Assembly: GCA_016720465.1 (NCBI GenBank)
Contig: JADKKO010000004.1
Span: forward strand, 1,569,394 to 1,633,393
DNA from: Holophagaceae bacterium
Lineage (GTDB): Bacteria; Acidobacteriota; Holophagae; Holophagales; Holophagaceae
Reading direction: 5' to 3'
DNA length: 64,000 nt
The translations under genes and the position numbers were made by a program. Below are positions 27,218 through 36,660 of the stretch, in pieces (the stretch's first letter is position 1; every line of letters starts with the position of its first letter). Under the pieces are notes generated by a model that worked only from the letters and a program-made list of their open reading frames with translations, had not been told where the DNA came from and did not search any database.

Positions 27218-28591
27218 ATGGCATCACTCACGCGTTGGATTCTTCCCCTCGGTGCCTCGGTCGGGCTGTTTGCGGCCGGAGGCGATACCGGCACCCAGAC
27301 TCCGTCTAAGGGTTGGCCCTGGGAAGTTCAGCTTCAGCTCGATCAAATGAGCTATGGCAGCGCCGATGTGAAAGGCCCCCTTGGCGGCTTCAAGGCCGGC
27401 GCTGATCCCAGCACGGGCTTCGGCATCCGCTTCGCGATCGATCCCATCTGCACATCCTGGGGTTCGGTGCTTTTTTCGGCCGGTTATCGCGCTTCTAGCG
27501 ATGTAACCATCAAATACGGGCAGAAAGCGCCTTTCGACCTCAAGCACCGCTCCCAGGCGGAAATCGGCGTGATGGCCCGCTTCGGCAGCAACGAACCCCG
27601 CCGCCGCTGGGAGTGGGGTGTCGGCGTCGATGAGCGCTTCGATTCCATGCGCGCCACCGGCGATTGGGGCACTCCGACCGAAGACAAGGCCTGGCGCCCC
27701 TGGGTGCGCGGCATGGTCCGCTACGTCTGGGACGACGGCAAGAAAACCCAGCCCTTCCTGGGCCTGGAAGTCGCCGGCGCCCTGGGCAAGATCGAAGTCA
27801 ACGACCAGAACTACTACCAGGATCTCGTCGTCCTGACCAACACCTTCCCGGCGGGACACCGCTCCCGCGTGCAGGGCCCCGAAAGCCTGACCCGCGGCCA
27901 TTTCCCGACCTTCCAGGTGGCCCTGGTCGGCGGCATCCGTTTCGGCCGCGCCAATTGCGCCAAGCCTGCTGCCATGGCTCCGGTCCCGCCCAAGGAAGAA
28001 GCCGCCCCGGCTCCGGTGGCCGCGCCCGCGCCGACCCCGGCCGAAGCCGCGCCGGCTCCTGTCACCGAGACCACCCAGGCCAAGCCTGTTGAGCCGCCGC
28101 CAGCCCCCAAGGTCGACGTGCAGAGCCTGACAGTGCATTTCGGCACCAACAAGTTCGTGGCGAACAAGGCCGCCGTGGAAGCGGTCAAGGGCTGGGCCGA
28201 GAAATACAAGAGCGTCGTCGATCCCAGCGTCACCTCCGTCATCGGACACACCGACAGCCGCGGTTCCCGCAAGTGGAATGAAACGCTTTCCGTGAAGCGC
28301 GCCCAGAACGTCGCCCACATGCTCAAAGGAAACGGCCTGAACCTGGATGGCGCGAAGATCGAAGGCCGTGCCTTCGACGAGCCCATCGGCGACAACAACA
28401 CCAAGGAAGGCCGCGCCTTGAACCGCCGCACCGACGTGACTTTCAAGGACGGTTCGAAGTTCCGCGTCACGGGCAAGACCGAGACCGCGCCTGACTACAC
28501 CCGCACGGGCGGTCCGCGCCGCAAGAAGGCTGCTGCTGATGCCGCCGCTCCGGCCGCCGCAACCACGGCCGCCCCCAAGGCGAACAAATAA
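27218..28591 (+). CDS. OmpA-family outer-membrane protein (beta-barrel, Pro/Ala linker, OmpA_C domain)
   Basis: GGAGGA RBS before Met22 of the ORF, then a signal peptide. The C-terminal peptidoglycan-binding domain reads GHTDSRGSRKWNETLSVKRAQNV...NRRTDV. Confidence 0.85.
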   Translation: MASLTRWILPLGASVGLFAAGGDTGTQTPSKGWPWEVQLQLDQMSYGSADVKGPLGGFKAGADPSTGFGIRFAIDPICTSWGSVLFSAGYRASSDVTIKYGQKAPFDLKHRSQAEIGVMARFGSNEPRRRWEWGVGVDERFDSMRATGDWGTPTEDKAWRPWVRGMVRYVWDDGKKTQPFLGLEVAGALGKIEVNDQNYYQDLVVLTNTFPAGHRSRVQGPESLTRGHFPTFQVALVGGIRFGRANCAKPAAMAPVPPKEEAAPAPVAAPAPTPAEAAPAPVTETTQAKPVEPPPAPKVDVQSLTVHFGTNKFVANKAAVEAVKGWAEKYKSVVDPSVTSVIGHTDSRGSRKWNETLSVKRAQNVAHMLKGNGLNLDGAKIEGRAFDEPIGDNNTKEGRALNRRTDVTFKDGSKFRVTGKTETAPDYTRTGGPRRKKAAADAAAPAAATTAAPKANK

Positions 28592-28610
28592 TAAAACCAT
28601 CGCCATCAAT

Positions 28611-28638
28611 GAAAAGGGCCTCTCGCGAGGCCCTTTTC
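28611..28638. terminator. bidirectional intrinsic terminator
   Basis: Perfect 12-bp stem GAAAAGGGCCTC-tcgc-GAGGCCCTTTTC between the convergent ompA-like and ABC-F genes. U-rich on both strands. Confidence 0.75.
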
Positions 28639-28676
28639 ATTGCATTGAATAGTGGAAACCGAGGGAATCCTTGAGC

Positions 28677-30272
28677 TCATGCCTTCGTCAGGAATTCCTC
28701 GTAGGCGCCGTGGAAATCCGTGATCTTGTGTCCATCGAAGTGCCAGATCCGGGTGGCGACCTCGTCGATGAGATCTTCGTCGTGGGTCACCAACAGCAAG
28801 GTGCCTTCGTATTTCTGGAGGGCCATGTTGAGGGCCACCACGGCCTCCAGATCCAGGTGGTTGGTGGGCTCGTCCAGCACCAGCACGTTGGGTTTCTGGA
28901 GCATGAGCTTGCAGAACATCAACCGGCAGGCTTCGCCGCCTGAAAGCACTTCGGTTTTCTTGGTGCCTTCCTCGCCGCGGAAGAGCATCTGGCCCAGCAC
29001 GCCGCGGATCTGCTCGATGGTGGCGTCCGGATCGAACTGCCGCAGCCAGTCCACCATGGTCCAGCCGGAGGGAATGCTTTCCCGGAAGTCCTGGGCGAAG
29101 TAGCCCACCTGCGCCTCATGCCCCCATCGCACCGTGCCGGCGTCCAGCTTCAGGTTGGGCTCCGTCACGCCCGTGGCCCCAGCCAGCAGGGCATTCAGCA
29201 GCGATGACTTGCCCACGCCGTTGCGGCCCATGATGGCGACTTTTTCGCCGCGCATGATGGTGCCTGAGAAGCCCGTGATGACCTCCAGGCCGTCATAGCC
29301 CTTCTTCACCTTCTCGAATTCAAGCAGGTGCTTCCCGCTGGGGCGCTTCTGCTCGAATTTGATGAAGGGCCGCTGGATGTTCGAACGCGACAGCTCGCTG
29401 GGCGCCAGGCGCTCCACTTCTTTGCGCCGGCTGTTCACCTGGGAGGAGCGCGTTCCGGCGGCGAACCGCGCGATGAATTCGTTCAGCTGCGCGATCTTCT
29501 TCTCCCGCTGCTCGTTGTCGGCCTCGATGCGGGAGCGCGTCTGGGTCTTGGCCATCACCATGTCGTCGTAGCCGCCGGTGTACTGGATGATGGTCTGGAA
29601 ATCGATGTCTGCGATGTGGGTGCAGACCGCGTTCAGGAAATGCCGGTCGTGGGAGATGACGATGACGGTTCCGTCGTAGTGGCAGAGGAATTCCTTGAGC
29701 CAGTGGATGGATTCCAGGTCCAGGTGGTTGGTGGGCTCGTCCAGCAGCAGGGCCTGGGGATGGCCGAAGAGCGCCTGGGCCAGCAGCACGCGGACCTTCT
29801 GGCCGCCTTGCAGCTCGCTCATCTTGCGTTCGTGCATGGCCTCGGGGATGTCCAGCCCGTCCAGCAGGATCGCCGCGTCGGCTTCGGCGGTGTAGCCGTC
29901 CTCATCGCCCACGATGCCCTCCAGCTCGCCGAGGAGCATCCCGTCCTCATCGGTCATCTCTTCCTTGGCATAGATCGCGTCCCGCTCCTCCAGGGCCTTC
30001 CAGAGCGCCTTGTTGCCCATGATCACGGTGTCGATGACCCTGAACTGGTCGAAGGCGAACTGGTCCTGGCGGAGAATGCCCAGCTTGCGCGGCCGCTGCA
30101 CGATGCCCGTCTGCTGCTCCAGTTCCCCGGCGAGGATCTTCATGAAGGTGGACTTGCCCGACCCGTTGGGGCCGGTGAGGCCGTAGCGGTTGCCGGGATT
30201 GAAGGTGGTGTTCACATTTTCGAACAGGATCTTCGCGCCATAGCGCATGGTGACATTTTGAACCGCAAGCAT
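28677..30272 (-). CDS. ABC-F family ATPase (YbiT-like, two NBDs, no TMD)
   Basis: Two Walker A motifs (GPNGSGKST, GRNGVGKSS), two signatures (LQGGQK, LSGGEA) and an inter-domain linker. The N-terminus closely resembles YbiT. Confidence 0.9.
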   Translation of the reverse strand: MLAVQNVTMRYGAKILFENVNTTFNPGNRYGLTGPNGSGKSTFMKILAGELEQQTGIVQRPRKLGILRQDQFAFDQFRVIDTVIMGNKALWKALEERDAIYAKEEMTDEDGMLLGELEGIVGDEDGYTAEADAAILLDGLDIPEAMHERKMSELQGGQKVRVLLAQALFGHPQALLLDEPTNHLDLESIHWLKEFLCHYDGTVIVISHDRHFLNAVCTHIADIDFQTIIQYTGGYDDMVMAKTQTRSRIEADNEQREKKIAQLNEFIARFAAGTRSSQVNSRRKEVERLAPSELSRSNIQRPFIKFEQKRPSGKHLLEFEKVKKGYDGLEVITGFSGTIMRGEKVAIMGRNGVGKSSLLNALLAGATGVTEPNLKLDAGTVRWGHEAQVGYFAQDFRESIPSGWTMVDWLRQFDPDATIEQIRGVLGQMLFRGEEGTKKTEVLSGGEACRLMFCKLMLQKPNVLVLDEPTNHLDLEAVVALNMALQKYEGTLLLVTHDEDLIDEVATRIWHFDGHKITDFHGAYEEFLTKA

Positions 30273-30444
30273 GGATACCCCAGAAACCGGCCGGCTATTT
30301 CGGCCCCAACCCTCAAGATTAACGTGAGCGGCGGCCTTTCCGGACCCTTTTTATCAGCGGTTCTCCAATGGTCCTGGATTTTTGCAATACTGGTGTACGG
30401 TCACCCGAATCCCACCGACGCAGCCCTTGAGGAATTTCCATCCC

Positions 30445-32202
30445 ATGCCCCTGGACCCCGAAAAAATTGGCCGCTACGAGGTCCAATGCGTGTTGGGACG
30501 CGGAGCCATGGGCGTCGTGTACCTGGCTTTGGATCCGCTGCTGAAACGGTCCGTGGCGATCAAGACCATGCGGGACAACGGCGAGGATGTCTCGAACACC
30601 ATGGAGCGGTTCAAGCGGGAAGCGGAGATCAGCGCGAAGCTGAACCATCCGAACATCATCACCGTCTATGACGTGGGCGTGGACAAGGAGATGGGGCCTT
30701 TCCTGGCCATGGAATACATCCAGGGCGCGAGCCTGGCCCACCTGATCAAGGAAAACCTGCCCATGGACGTGGGGCTGCGGCTACTGCTGCAGGGCATGGC
30801 GGCCCTGCAGGCGGCGGAGCAGGGCGGCATCATCCACAGGGACATCAAGCCCGAGAACATGCTGGTGAGCCTGGAAGGCCGGTTCAAGCTGATGGATTTC
30901 GGCATCGCCCGGGGCGACCAGTCGAGGCTGACGGCGGCCGGGATGGTCTTCGGAACACCGTCCTATACAGCTCCAGAACTGCTCGTGGGCGGCGATCCAT
31001 CCCCTGCCACGGACCGCTACGCTTTCGCGGTGACCGCCTTCGAGGTCTTCACGGGGGCCTTGCCCTACCAGGGCACCAGCGTGGGCACAACGCTCTATCG
31101 GATCGTCCACGAAGCCCCGAAAATGCCCGCGACGCTGCATCCGAAACTGCAGGAGGTCTTCCTCCGGGCGCTGGCCAAGGATCCGAACCAGCGCTACCGC
31201 GATCTGGCCAGCTTCATGTGGGCCCTGATCAGCGCGGCGCCCATCGCCAGCGACCAGAAAGCAAAACTGCTGGACAACATTGAAAGCAACCGGCCGAACA
31301 GCGGCACCTTCGATTTTTCAGTGAACACCCAAGGAGGCCCGCCCTCCTCGCCTGGCCTCAGGGCGGCCCCCCCCTCGAAATCCCAGGAGCTCATTTCCAC
31401 CAAGCTGACGGAATCCGGCCCGGTTGAATCCTTCAAGTACGAGCCCCTCCCTGAGTCCGGGGTGCAGTCCTCGGGGGACTTCGCCGACCAGGTGGAAGAC
31501 CAGGAGGGCCCGGAAGACCTTGGGGAGCCGCTGCCGGAACCCGAGATTCCCACCGCGGCGGAAATCCTCGCCCAGATGGGCGGCCCGCCCCCGGCCCCCG
31601 GCAGCGAGAGCCCCACGATGCCCGCGGTGGACGCCCTGGCCGCAGGGCCGGTCCAGAAGCCCGCAGCCGCGGCGCCGCGGAAAGGCGGAAAAGGGCTGCT
31701 GGTGGCCTTTCTCGCGATCCTGGTGCTGGGTGGAATCGGCGTCGGCGGCTACTTCCTGAAGACTGCCAAGAAGCCGGCCCGGAGGGTGGACATCCTCAGC
31801 GAACCGCCGGGCGCCACGGTCTACTCGGAAGGGAAAAGCCTCGGTGAAACGCCCCTCAGCCAAGTGGAGCTGAAGGAAGGCGCTTCAGAATTGAAGCTGG
31901 AACTGGCCGGGTTCGAGCCCACAACCTATCGGATCAAAGCAGGCGAGGCTGCGGTAACGATCAAGCTGGAACTGCCGCCCTACACTGTTTCCGTCGTGAC
32001 GGATCCCGAGGGTGCCGAGGTGTTTCTCAACGGAAAATCCATGGGGAAGACCCCCATCCAGAGTCTCGGCATCCCATCCGAGGGCGCGCGGAAAATCCGC
32101 ATCACCCACGATGGCTGCGTGCCGTCGGAATTCGAAGTGGATCCAACCTTCCCCTTCCCGGAAACCATCCGGCTCACGCCGCTTCCCAAGAACCGCCGCT
32201 GA
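30445..32202 (+). CDS. Ser/Thr protein kinase with TM segment and two C-terminal PEGA domains
   Basis: GRGAMGVVY, AIK, HRDIKPEN, DFGIA and GTPSYTAPE kinase motifs. Then a TM helix (LLVAFLAILVLGGIGVGGYF) and the PEGA motifs SEPPGATVY and TDPEGAEVF. Confidence 0.9.
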   Translation: MPLDPEKIGRYEVQCVLGRGAMGVVYLALDPLLKRSVAIKTMRDNGEDVSNTMERFKREAEISAKLNHPNIITVYDVGVDKEMGPFLAMEYIQGASLAHLIKENLPMDVGLRLLLQGMAALQAAEQGGIIHRDIKPENMLVSLEGRFKLMDFGIARGDQSRLTAAGMVFGTPSYTAPELLVGGDPSPATDRYAFAVTAFEVFTGALPYQGTSVGTTLYRIVHEAPKMPATLHPKLQEVFLRALAKDPNQRYRDLASFMWALISAAPIASDQKAKLLDNIESNRPNSGTFDFSVNTQGGPPSSPGLRAAPPSKSQELISTKLTESGPVESFKYEPLPESGVQSSGDFADQVEDQEGPEDLGEPLPEPEIPTAAEILAQMGGPPPAPGSESPTMPAVDALAAGPVQKPAAAAPRKGGKGLLVAFLAILVLGGIGVGGYFLKTAKKPARRVDILSEPPGATVYSEGKSLGETPLSQVELKEGASELKLELAGFEPTTYRIKAGEAAVTIKLELPPYTVSVVTDPEGAEVFLNGKSMGKTPIQSLGIPSEGARKIRITHDGCVPSEFEVDPTFPFPETIRLTPLPKNRR

Positions 32203-32246
32203 GCCATCTTCCGGGATTGGCTGCAATGCTTCGGAACCGGCTGGAT

Positions 32247-33248
32247 TCACGTTCCGAGCACGACCTTTTTCCTTGAGCCCAAGGGTGCGCGCTCCATTCC
32301 CCGCAAAGCTTTCTGCCAGGCATTCGCATCCAGCCCGATGCCGATGACCACGGCCAGCCTCGCCGCGGGAGCGCCTGTGGATGGCTGGGGCAGCGGGGCC
32401 ACCTCCAGCCGTCCATCGGCCATCTGGAAGGTCCAGAGATCGCTGCCATCGTTCCGGGCCGGCCAGCCGTCGAAGGCGCAGATGCCCTTGGCGCGCAGCA
32501 GTTCACCCCCGCGGGGCGGGCCTTGAAACAGCGCTTCCAGAGCCGCGGGATCGATGGGGTGGTCCCACAGGATGGAGAGCGAGCGGGCTTCTGCGAAGCT
32601 CGGACCTTCAGGCTTGAGCCAACCTTCAGGCAACGGCCGGACATCCCCGAGCCAGGGGTCCGGGGCGCCGGGTGGCGTCTCGCCCTGCCGGGATGGCGCC
32701 AGCTCGAGGTGGGGAAAAGCCTGCCGGATCTCGCTCTCCCAAGCCAGGGCCAAGGAAGGGTCCAGATCCGCTTTGCTGATGTGCACCAGGCTGGCGAGGG
32801 CGATCTGCCGGCGCAGCAGATCCCGATTCCGCAAGTGGTCCAAAGGGCCGAGGCAGGACACGATGGTGAGGCAGCCCGCCAACCGCAGCCGGCCCTGGAG
32901 CCCAGGCTCGTGTTCCAAATCCAGCAGCTCCGTGGGATCCGCCAGTCCCGTGGTTTCCATCACCACGCGCTCCGGCCTAGGCCCGGTCGGCCGGTCGCAC
33001 CATGCGGCCAGGGCCGCCACCACGTCGGATCTGAGGCTGCAGCAGACGCAGCCATTGACGAGGTTGGCGATGTCCGCCAACTCCGGGCGCTCGGCGTCCA
33101 CCAGGGCGCCATCCACGCCCACGGATCCGAACTCATTGATGAGCACCGCCACGCGGCGTCCCTGCGCGAGTTCGCGTTTGAGCAGCCGATTCACCGCTGT
33201 GGTCTTGCCAGAGCCCAAGGGACCCGTGACGATGAGAACTTCGATCAT
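32247..33248 (-). CDS. COG0523/CobW-family G3E GTPase (putative metallochaperone)
   Basis: P-loop GPLGSGKTT, metal-binding GCVCCS motif, C-terminal CobW_C-like domain. Confidence 0.85.
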   Translation of the reverse strand: MIEVLIVTGPLGSGKTTAVNRLLKRELAQGRRVAVLINEFGSVGVDGALVDAERPELADIANLVNGCVCCSLRSDVVAALAAWCDRPTGPRPERVVMETTGLADPTELLDLEHEPGLQGRLRLAGCLTIVSCLGPLDHLRNRDLLRRQIALASLVHISKADLDPSLALAWESEIRQAFPHLELAPSRQGETPPGAPDPWLGDVRPLPEGWLKPEGPSFAEARSLSILWDHPIDPAALEALFQGPPRGGELLRAKGICAFDGWPARNDGSDLWTFQMADGRLEVAPLPQPSTGAPAARLAVVIGIGLDANAWQKALRGMERAPLGSRKKVVLGT

Positions 33249-33265
33249 TCATCCACCCTGCCTCC

Positions 33266-34570
33266 ATGATGCCTTCAACCGACGCCGCCTACATTGCACT
33301 CGTGAGCCTGGCCGCCGCGGGGGCGAGGGCTTTGCGGCGCGGACTGCCCCTGGGCTGGCGGTTGCGGCTGGAAGCCTCGCCCCCCGAAAACCTCCAGCCG
33401 GGGTGGGTCTGGCTCCACGCGGTGAGCGTGGGCGAATTGATCCTTGCGAAAGGCCTTGCGGAGAAATTGCTGGAGGCCCGGCACCGGGTCCACCTCACCA
33501 CGGGGACCGCGGCCGGCCTGGCCCTGCTGGGCGAGCGCATCCCGGCCTGGGACCAGGGCAGGGGCTTGCTGAGCGGCGGCGCCTTTCCAGTGGACGATCC
33601 GGAGGGTTTGCGGCCTTTCCTGCGAACTCCGCCCGGCGCGTTCATCGCGCTGGAAACGGAACTCTGGCCGAATTTGCTGCGCCAACTGGAGGGTCTTGGA
33701 GTCCCCCGGATCATCGTGAATGGGCGGCTGACGGCACGCAGCAGCGGTCAAAGCGGCTTGGGCGGACTGGGAAGGCCCTGGCTCAAGAGGGCCGCGGAAA
33801 GGCTCAGCCTGGTGGCGGCCAGGGATGCCGAATCTGCGGACGCCTTCCGTTCCCTGGGCGCCCCCAAGGTCGCCCTCGGCGGCAACCTGAAAGCCGATCT
33901 GCCTTCACCGGCGCCCCTGGCAGCCCGTTGGGAGGGCCTTCGGAGCGCCTGGCAGGAAAGTCCGGTCCTCGTCGCCGGAAGCACTTTGGAGGGCGAAGAA
34001 GCCCTGGTGCTGGAAGCGTGGATGCGCTTGCGTTCAGATCACCCTTCCTTGCGCCTGATCCTCGCGCCGCGCCAACCCAAACGCTTTCAGCCGGTCGCTG
34101 AGTTGTTGAGGGAGCAGGGCCATGGCTTCCTCCGTGCCTCAGGGACCTGGCCCGAGGGCGTGGACCCGTGGCGATCGGTGGGAATTCTCTTGTTGGACAC
34201 CCTCGGGGAGTTGCCGGCCGTTTATGGGGAGGGCACGGTCGCCCTGGTGGGGGGCGGCTGGCGGGGGAAGGGGGGGCACAACCCCCTTGAGCCGGTCCGA
34301 TGGGGAATCCCCACTCTGATCGGTCCGGGGTTCCACAATTTCGAGGATTTGGTCGGACCCCTCCGGGCCGCTCACCGGCTGAATGTGGTCGAGGAACCGG
34401 GCTTGGAAGCCGCCATCCAGTCCGCCCTCGAAACAGCGCCTCTGAGGGGACCCGGCTGGGGTGGGACGGCCGACCTTCCGGAGGGCCTTGCGGGCGCTCT
34501 GGAGACTGTGTGGAATCTGCTGCGGCCCTATCTGCCCGCAGCGATGGGGCCAGGCATCCTTGAAAAATAA
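33266..34570 (+). CDS. waaA: 3-deoxy-D-manno-octulosonic acid (Kdo) transferase
   Basis: WLHAVSVGE motif and a C-terminal GT-B glycosyltransferase region (GGSL-like GGGWRGKGGHNPLEP). Confidence 0.85.
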   Translation: MMPSTDAAYIALVSLAAAGARALRRGLPLGWRLRLEASPPENLQPGWVWLHAVSVGELILAKGLAEKLLEARHRVHLTTGTAAGLALLGERIPAWDQGRGLLSGGAFPVDDPEGLRPFLRTPPGAFIALETELWPNLLRQLEGLGVPRIIVNGRLTARSSGQSGLGGLGRPWLKRAAERLSLVAARDAESADAFRSLGAPKVALGGNLKADLPSPAPLAARWEGLRSAWQESPVLVAGSTLEGEEALVLEAWMRLRSDHPSLRLILAPRQPKRFQPVAELLREQGHGFLRASGTWPEGVDPWRSVGILLLDTLGELPAVYGEGTVALVGGGWRGKGGHNPLEPVRWGIPTLIGPGFHNFEDLVGPLRAAHRLNVVEEPGLEAAIQSALETAPLRGPGWGGTADLPEGLAGALETVWNLLRPYLPAAMGPGILEK

Positions 34571-34636
34571 CCCGTGATTTCCGGTTATTTTGTTACGGCC
34601 TAATAGCTGGTCCGCTATCGTAGGGACCAAGTTATT

Positions 34637-35596
34637 TTGTCGCAGCGGCTTAGTCGATTTGAACACGTGCGGAGATCCGGTCCGATGCAAGAACAACCCC
34701 CCCATGTTCTGCTCGTTGACGACGATCCAGCCGTGCTGGGGATGGTCTCGGACGCCCTGAGCCATTTCGGAATCAATGTCCATGCCTTTTCCGAGGGGGG
34801 GCCGGCCTTGGCCCTGCTGGAGGATCCGGACTCGCCGCCCATCGACATGGTCATCTCGGACATCAACATGGATGGCATGGATGGCTTCGATGTGATCCTC
34901 CGGGTGAAGGACATCCAGTCCAATATGCCCGTGGTGCTCATGACCGGGCAGGCCTCCCTGGAGTACGCCGTGCGGGCCATGCGCATGGGCGCGGCGAACC
35001 TGTTCCAGAAGCCGCTGGCCTTGAAGGAGCTGGTGAAGAACGTATTCCACCTGGTGGAGATGCACCGCGAATTCCGCTTGGCCCAGGATGGGCTGAAGGG
35101 CCTGCTCAAGGAAACGCGCCATTTTTCCTTCCGATGCGACGAACTCGACATCGGCAGCATCGTCCGCCATCTGACGGACCGGCTGGTGCCCATGGGATTT
35201 GCGTCGCCATCAAATGTGGACGTCATTTCCATGGCCTTCCACGAGGCCCTGGTGAACGCATTGGAGCACGGCAACCTGGAGCTGGATTCGGCCATGAAGA
35301 GCGATGTTTTCAGCGAGACGGATCCCTACACGGCCCTGCGGCTGGAGCGGCTTTCGGATGAGCATTTCGCGTCCCGGACGGTGGACGTGTTCATGGAATC
35401 CACGCCCGACCGTTTCGTCGTCACCATCAGCGACCAGGGCCCCGGATTCGACACCTCGCAGGTGGAATACGCGGCGGAGGATTCCCTCCACAAGCAGACG
35501 GGGCGGGGACTTGCCATGATCCAGATGGTCATGGATGAAGTCGGCTTCAACGAGAAGGGCAATCAGATCCAGCTGGTGCTCAAGAAGAAGCCCTGA
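34637..35596 (+). CDS. response regulator receiver fused to an RsbW/SpoIIAB-like HATPase domain
   Basis: REC (VLLVDDDPAVL...MVISDINMDGMDG...KP) followed by HEALVNALEHGN and DQGPGF...GRGLAMI, typical of anti-sigma-type serine kinases. An alternative start at 34685 is possible. Confidence 0.8.
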   Translation: MSQRLSRFEHVRRSGPMQEQPPHVLLVDDDPAVLGMVSDALSHFGINVHAFSEGGPALALLEDPDSPPIDMVISDINMDGMDGFDVILRVKDIQSNMPVVLMTGQASLEYAVRAMRMGAANLFQKPLALKELVKNVFHLVEMHREFRLAQDGLKGLLKETRHFSFRCDELDIGSIVRHLTDRLVPMGFASPSNVDVISMAFHEALVNALEHGNLELDSAMKSDVFSETDPYTALRLERLSDEHFASRTVDVFMESTPDRFVVTISDQGPGFDTSQVEYAAEDSLHKQTGRGLAMIQMVMDEVGFNEKGNQIQLVLKKKP

Positions 35597-35607
35597 CAAA
35601 CGAACGA

Positions 35608-35628
35608 AGGCCCCGCTGCGCGGGGCCT
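35608..35628. terminator. hairpin between convergent genes (weak terminator)
   Basis: GGCCCCG-ctgcg-CGGGGCC stem-loop between the response-regulator stop (35596) and the trxA stop (35654). There is no clean U-tract. Confidence 0.4.
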
Positions 35629-35653
35629 CTTCGCCTGATCCATGCACCGATTC

Positions 35654-35974
35654 CTAGAGCGCGCCTTCGATGAAGGCCTTGATCTGAGGTTTCGGCTGGC
35701 CGCCGACGATTTTGCCCTCGGGCTTGCCGTTCTTGAACAAAATCAGGGTGGGGATGGACATGATGCCGTACTGGCCGGCCACTTCAGGATTCTCATCCAC
35801 GTTCATCTTGACGAATTTGGCCTTGCCGCTCATCTCTCCCGCCAACTCATCCAGGATGGGGGCGATCATCTTGCAGGGACCGCACCAGGGAGCCCAGAAA
35901 TCCACGAGGGTGACACCATCCTTCACCGTTTCTGAGAATTGGGCGTCGGTGATGTGGGCGACGAGGTCTGACAT
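35654..35974 (-). CDS. trxA: thioredoxin
   Basis: Met16 of the ORF gives a 106-aa protein with DFWAPWCGPCKMIAP and PTLILFKNG. Confidence 0.95.
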   Translation of the reverse strand: MSDLVAHITDAQFSETVKDGVTLVDFWAPWCGPCKMIAPILDELAGEMSGKAKFVKMNVDENPEVAGQYGIMSIPTLILFKNGKPEGKIVGGQPKPQIKAFIEGAL

Positions 35975-36122
35975 GGGACTCCTTCTGGTGTTGGGTGTTG
36001 GGTCGAGCGGATCGCACAAGGGGACTCTTCGATCCAGGGCACGGGCCCCAGGATACCAAGGCTTTGGCGGGCGGGGGCAGGGAGGCGGCAGGAGGCATCC
36101 TGCCGCGTTCGGATTTTGTGAC

Positions 36123-36629
36123 TCAGGGCACCGGGATCAATCCGTCGGGCGGATGGGAATTTCCCCACTGGGCAATAGTGAAAATGCTCATGTAGCGTTC
36201 ATTGGTTTCCCGCAGACGCTGCGCCAGCACCTCGCAGAGGGCATAGAGCACTTTGAGGGCGAGGTGGTGGTGGGATTCGATGAGATTCCGCAGATCCTTG
36301 AGCGGAATGAAGAACAATTCGGTGCCTTCGTGGGCGATGGCATCCGCCGCCCGGGCGGAAAAATCGATCAAGGCCATTTCGCCGAAAAAGGCATGGGGCT
36401 CCAGGACCGTCAAAGCTTCTTCCCCTGTGGGGCTGCTTTTGGAAATGCGCACGGAGCCCTTCACGACGATGTAGAGGCCGTCACCGGGATCCCCTTCCCG
36501 GAATATGTAATCGTTGCCTTTGTATGATTTGACCTGGCCGATGATGAGAATCTGGGCGCGCTCGGTCTCATCCAAGTTTCGGAACAGGGGCGATTGGGTC
36601 AAAAAGGCGGTGTTGATCACGTCGATCAC
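36123..36629 (-). CDS. stand-alone cyclic-nucleotide-binding (CAP_ED) domain protein
   Basis: SPLFRNLDE..., IFREGDPGDGLYIVVKGSVRI and FFGEMALID motifs. There is no HTH or other output domain. Confidence 0.8.
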   Translation of the reverse strand: MIDVINTAFLTQSPLFRNLDETERAQILIIGQVKSYKGNDYIFREGDPGDGLYIVVKGSVRISKSSPTGEEALTVLEPHAFFGEMALIDFSARAADAIAHEGTELFFIPLKDLRNLIESHHHLALKVLYALCEVLAQRLRETNERYMSIFTIAQWGNSHPPDGLIPVP

Positions 36630-36660
36630 CGGGGCGCCGGGGCGCTGACGAGTGCCGGAT

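Noticed and set aside
28677-30272. The ABC ATPase as the missing FtsE partner of ftsX.
   Set aside because: It has two nucleotide-binding domains with an ABC-F linker (YbiT-like) and is 10 kb away on the opposite strand. FtsE is a single-NBD protein of about 220 aa.
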